A stretch of DNA of 64,000 nt from Vitrella brassicaformis CCMP3155 (Eukaryota > Protista > Chromerida), in NCBI GenBank assembly GCA_001179505.1, contig CDMY01000270.1, positions 77,069-141,068 on the forward strand, written 5' to 3'. Under the pieces are notes generated by a model. That model ran no database searches and was not told the DNA's origin. It saw only the letters and a program-made list of their open reading frames with translations. Positions 61,461 through 64,000 of this stretch are shown here, piece by piece. The position numbers and the translations under genes are program-made. The stretch's first letter is position 1; every line of letters starts with the position of its first letter.

Positions 61461-62600
61461 ATGGCGTGCCAGCCCAGCCAGAAACCCACTGAGAGAGGCA
61501 GGAGGCAGCACGCTCGGGAAAACACCCACACGCGGTGCGTTTGTTTGTTTGTCCGGTCCGCCTTGTGATCAGGCTGGCTAATGAGGTAATGAGGGGAGGT
61601 GTTGTGAGGATTCGCAAGCAGCAATGAGTCACGCAGCGAAGGCAAACACATCTGCACGCCGTAGCCGACCACGGTACGACCGTGCACCACCACCGCACAC
61701 CACCCTGCATGACCAAACCAAGCGCTGCAGCACACCACCACAACACACCCCTGGAACCAACACGTTCGTTTCCCATGCTCTCCTCCTCTGTGTATGCAGG
61801 TGATGCCACCGTGAGGGAGTCGGCCATCGGCCACCCGCGTCGCCAGGTGTTCGAGGTCGGCCAGCGGCAGCAGTTCCTCCTTAAGAAGACACCCCCCGAG
61901 CACCAGAGGGGGGACGGTGACGCCCTCGATGGCGGCGAGAAGCCGTCGCCCGCTGTCCTTGGTGTTGAGGGTGCCAGTCAAGGGAGGGCGGGGTTGAGGA
62001 TCGCCCACAGCAGGAGGTGGATGACAACAAAGGTATGCAACAATTAAGACACCAACAACAAACACACACATGGGATGGATGGACCATTTACCACTGTGCT
62101 GCGTGGGCGTGTTTCGTACAGTAGAGTAGCTGGTAGCTAGCGTTGAGGGTATTGGATTGGGGACCAGGGCAGGCCAAGGACAGCGGCACGGACAGACAAC
62201 ACCAAGACAGCCCCGGCTGGGCTGGCACATACACAATCAACACACAATCCAGCACACCACTCACCTCTGCGTATTGGCCTTTTGTGTGTCAGGTGAGGTG
62301 TGACAGACAGTTGTTGATGACCTGAGTGCGGTGAAGGAGCCCACCCCGAGTCGCCCGAGCGGGCCGCCCCTGTGCCCATCGCGATGGTGAGCACGGCCAA
62401 TGCACTGTGATTGAACAAGACAACACATCAAGCACTACTACACAAGACATATGTGTGGGTGTACAGGCTCAGAAGGCGCCTTTGACGGTCGCCAAGGCGG
62501 CTGCGCCCGTTGCATCGTCGTCTGGTGCCGCACCACACGTGGCCACAACGATGACCATCCAACACCGACAACAAGGTCACTGACGCACACACATTCATCC
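61461..62600 (+). CDS. Hypothetical multi-exon gene divergent from the sirtuin (structure unresolved)
   Basis: There is an ATG at 61461. A GC3-rich open exon 61801-62031 is bounded by tgcag| and |gtatgc, and further AG/GT-bounded segments extend to ~62570. I could not join all exons in phase. Confidence 0.35.
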
Positions 62601-62797
62601 GCACACACACACACACATGCGATCATCTTCTCGTCTGTCTCTTTGTGGTATGGATGGTTGATTCATGGTGGTTTACACAGACACTGTGCGCACTTCGTTT
62701 GTCCATGAACGTCGAGGCATGTTTGACTGACACCTGACGGTGGCCGGGTGGATGAGTGTGGTGCATGAGTAGGCGCGTGCTTGAATCTCTTGCTCAT

Positions 62798-64000
62798 TCA
62801 TTTGGCACACGCGGACGGACGCGCAAGAGTCCCACTGCACTGCACTGCACAGTCGACTGGCTGGCTGGCTGGATGGAACACCCACACAAGCAAGAACCCC
62901 ACACACATACAAACAACCGAGAAACTCCTCTCAAACATGCATATTCACCCAGGCTGTCACACACACGCATCGAGACCTTCTGTCAGAGAAGGAGGCGTGC
63001 CGATTGTGTGGGCATCGACACGGCAAAAAACGCCCCGTCCTCAAGACGACAAAGTCATGCAATCGAACACACACACACATGGACACAGACATGCTGCAGA
63101 TACGGACCGACACCCACGACACTCCACCCTGCTGCACCCACTCCCTCTTTCCTTTGCCCGTCTCCTGTGTGTCTCATCTCACAGAGTGTGATTGTTGTTG
63201 CTGCTGATGTTGTTATTGTCTTGGCCGTTGCTTGGACGGTTCTGAGTATGTCGGTTCTTCTTGCGGTGAGTGGTGCGGCGGCAGGTGTGGGTGGGGTGCG
63301 GCCTGGCGGGGGGCTGGAGAGGGGGGTGGGACTCCGTGTGGGTGTGTGGTGGGGCGGCTTCTAGCGAGGCCTTGCTGGTCTTGAAACGACGAACGTACCT
63401 GAAGAGGGGACGCCAGCAGGTGTGTGTGTGGAGGTGTGTGTGATGTGTCCTGCGCCCACCCTGCGCTGTGTGTGTGGTCGGAGGGGCCGTTAGCAAACAG
63501 ATTATACGCGGCACTGCACAAGGGAGACACAAATGTAACACGTGTGTGTGTGGTATTGCCTTCTTGTTCTCTTGTGTGAGCTGTTGTTGTACCTGTGCTG
63601 TTTGTGGCCACTGGTGGGTGTGATTATTCGGCTCTCTCCAAACCCAACACACCCATACCCAAACGAAGACGGGACGACAGAACCTGACAGAGATTATAGA
63701 CGAGACACGAACACATTCATCGCCTTGCCATCGTCCTGAGGGCACCTGAGCTGCCTTGGGTGTTGTTGCCTTTGTGCTGGTGGGTCTGCCACACGGACAG
63801 TGCCTCCTCCTCACAGTCACGCTCGCAATCCTCAAACGCCTTCCGCACACACACGCACCACAACACAAGGCACAGACACACACATATGAAGAATGTGTGT
63901 GTGTCTATGTCATGGGTATTCTCACCTGTCGCACCCCCGTGCTGCCGCCCCCCCGCCCACAGATGCGATGCTCACTGCCCTCCACCACCACGAACCGCCC
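62798..64000 (-). repeat. Inverted copy of the cassette 3' region (homologous to 16887-18076), running off the window; includes the 3' exons of the P-type gene (putative stop 63361-63363)
   Basis: The reverse complement reproduces GRFVVVEG..GVRQ, AFEDCERDC.. and the downstream flank to ccaaatga. Diagnostic variants match P2 (cttcgtttgggtatg) rather than P1/P3. Confidence 0.9.

Overview
Eukaryotic, GC-rich, intron-dense nuclear DNA with short GT-AG introns full of CA/TG, GACA/TGTC and TGGA microsatellites. It also carries signal-plus-transit-peptide (complex-plastid-type) presequences. These traits fit a chromerid alveolate such as Vitrella; this is an inference from style, not a database match. 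About 20 protein-coding loci lie almost all in head-to-head pairs: adenosine deaminase (partial), a cNMP-binding protein / a TenA-like protein, a duplicated lineage-specific+TPR gene / hypothetical gene cassette (broken by scaffold gaps, with an inverted copy at the right end), an atypical SDR / ubiquitin-eL40, a putative transcription factor with an unrecognised tandem domain / a MAK-like kinase, TRIAP1-Mdm35 / ppGalNAc-T, PIF1 / a coiled-coil protein, NudC / a hybrid histidine kinase, uL23 (RPL23A), a KIF12-like kinesin / ATX1, and a SIRT6-like sirtuin / a hypothetical gene. Best leads: (1) an octamer TGCGAGCT recurring in the short divergent promoters, and as a perfect inverted pair upstream of RPL23A; (2) a twice-repeated ~60-70 aa unknown domain visible only after splicing; (3) self-complementary (AC)n...(GT)n intron ends; (4) a 5-nt microexon in the sirtuin; (5) a two-gene cassette whose TPR paralogs carry independent lesions. 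Gene spans are hand-spliced genomic spans that include introns, and several ends are approximate. No tRNA, rRNA, CRISPR or transposase was found.
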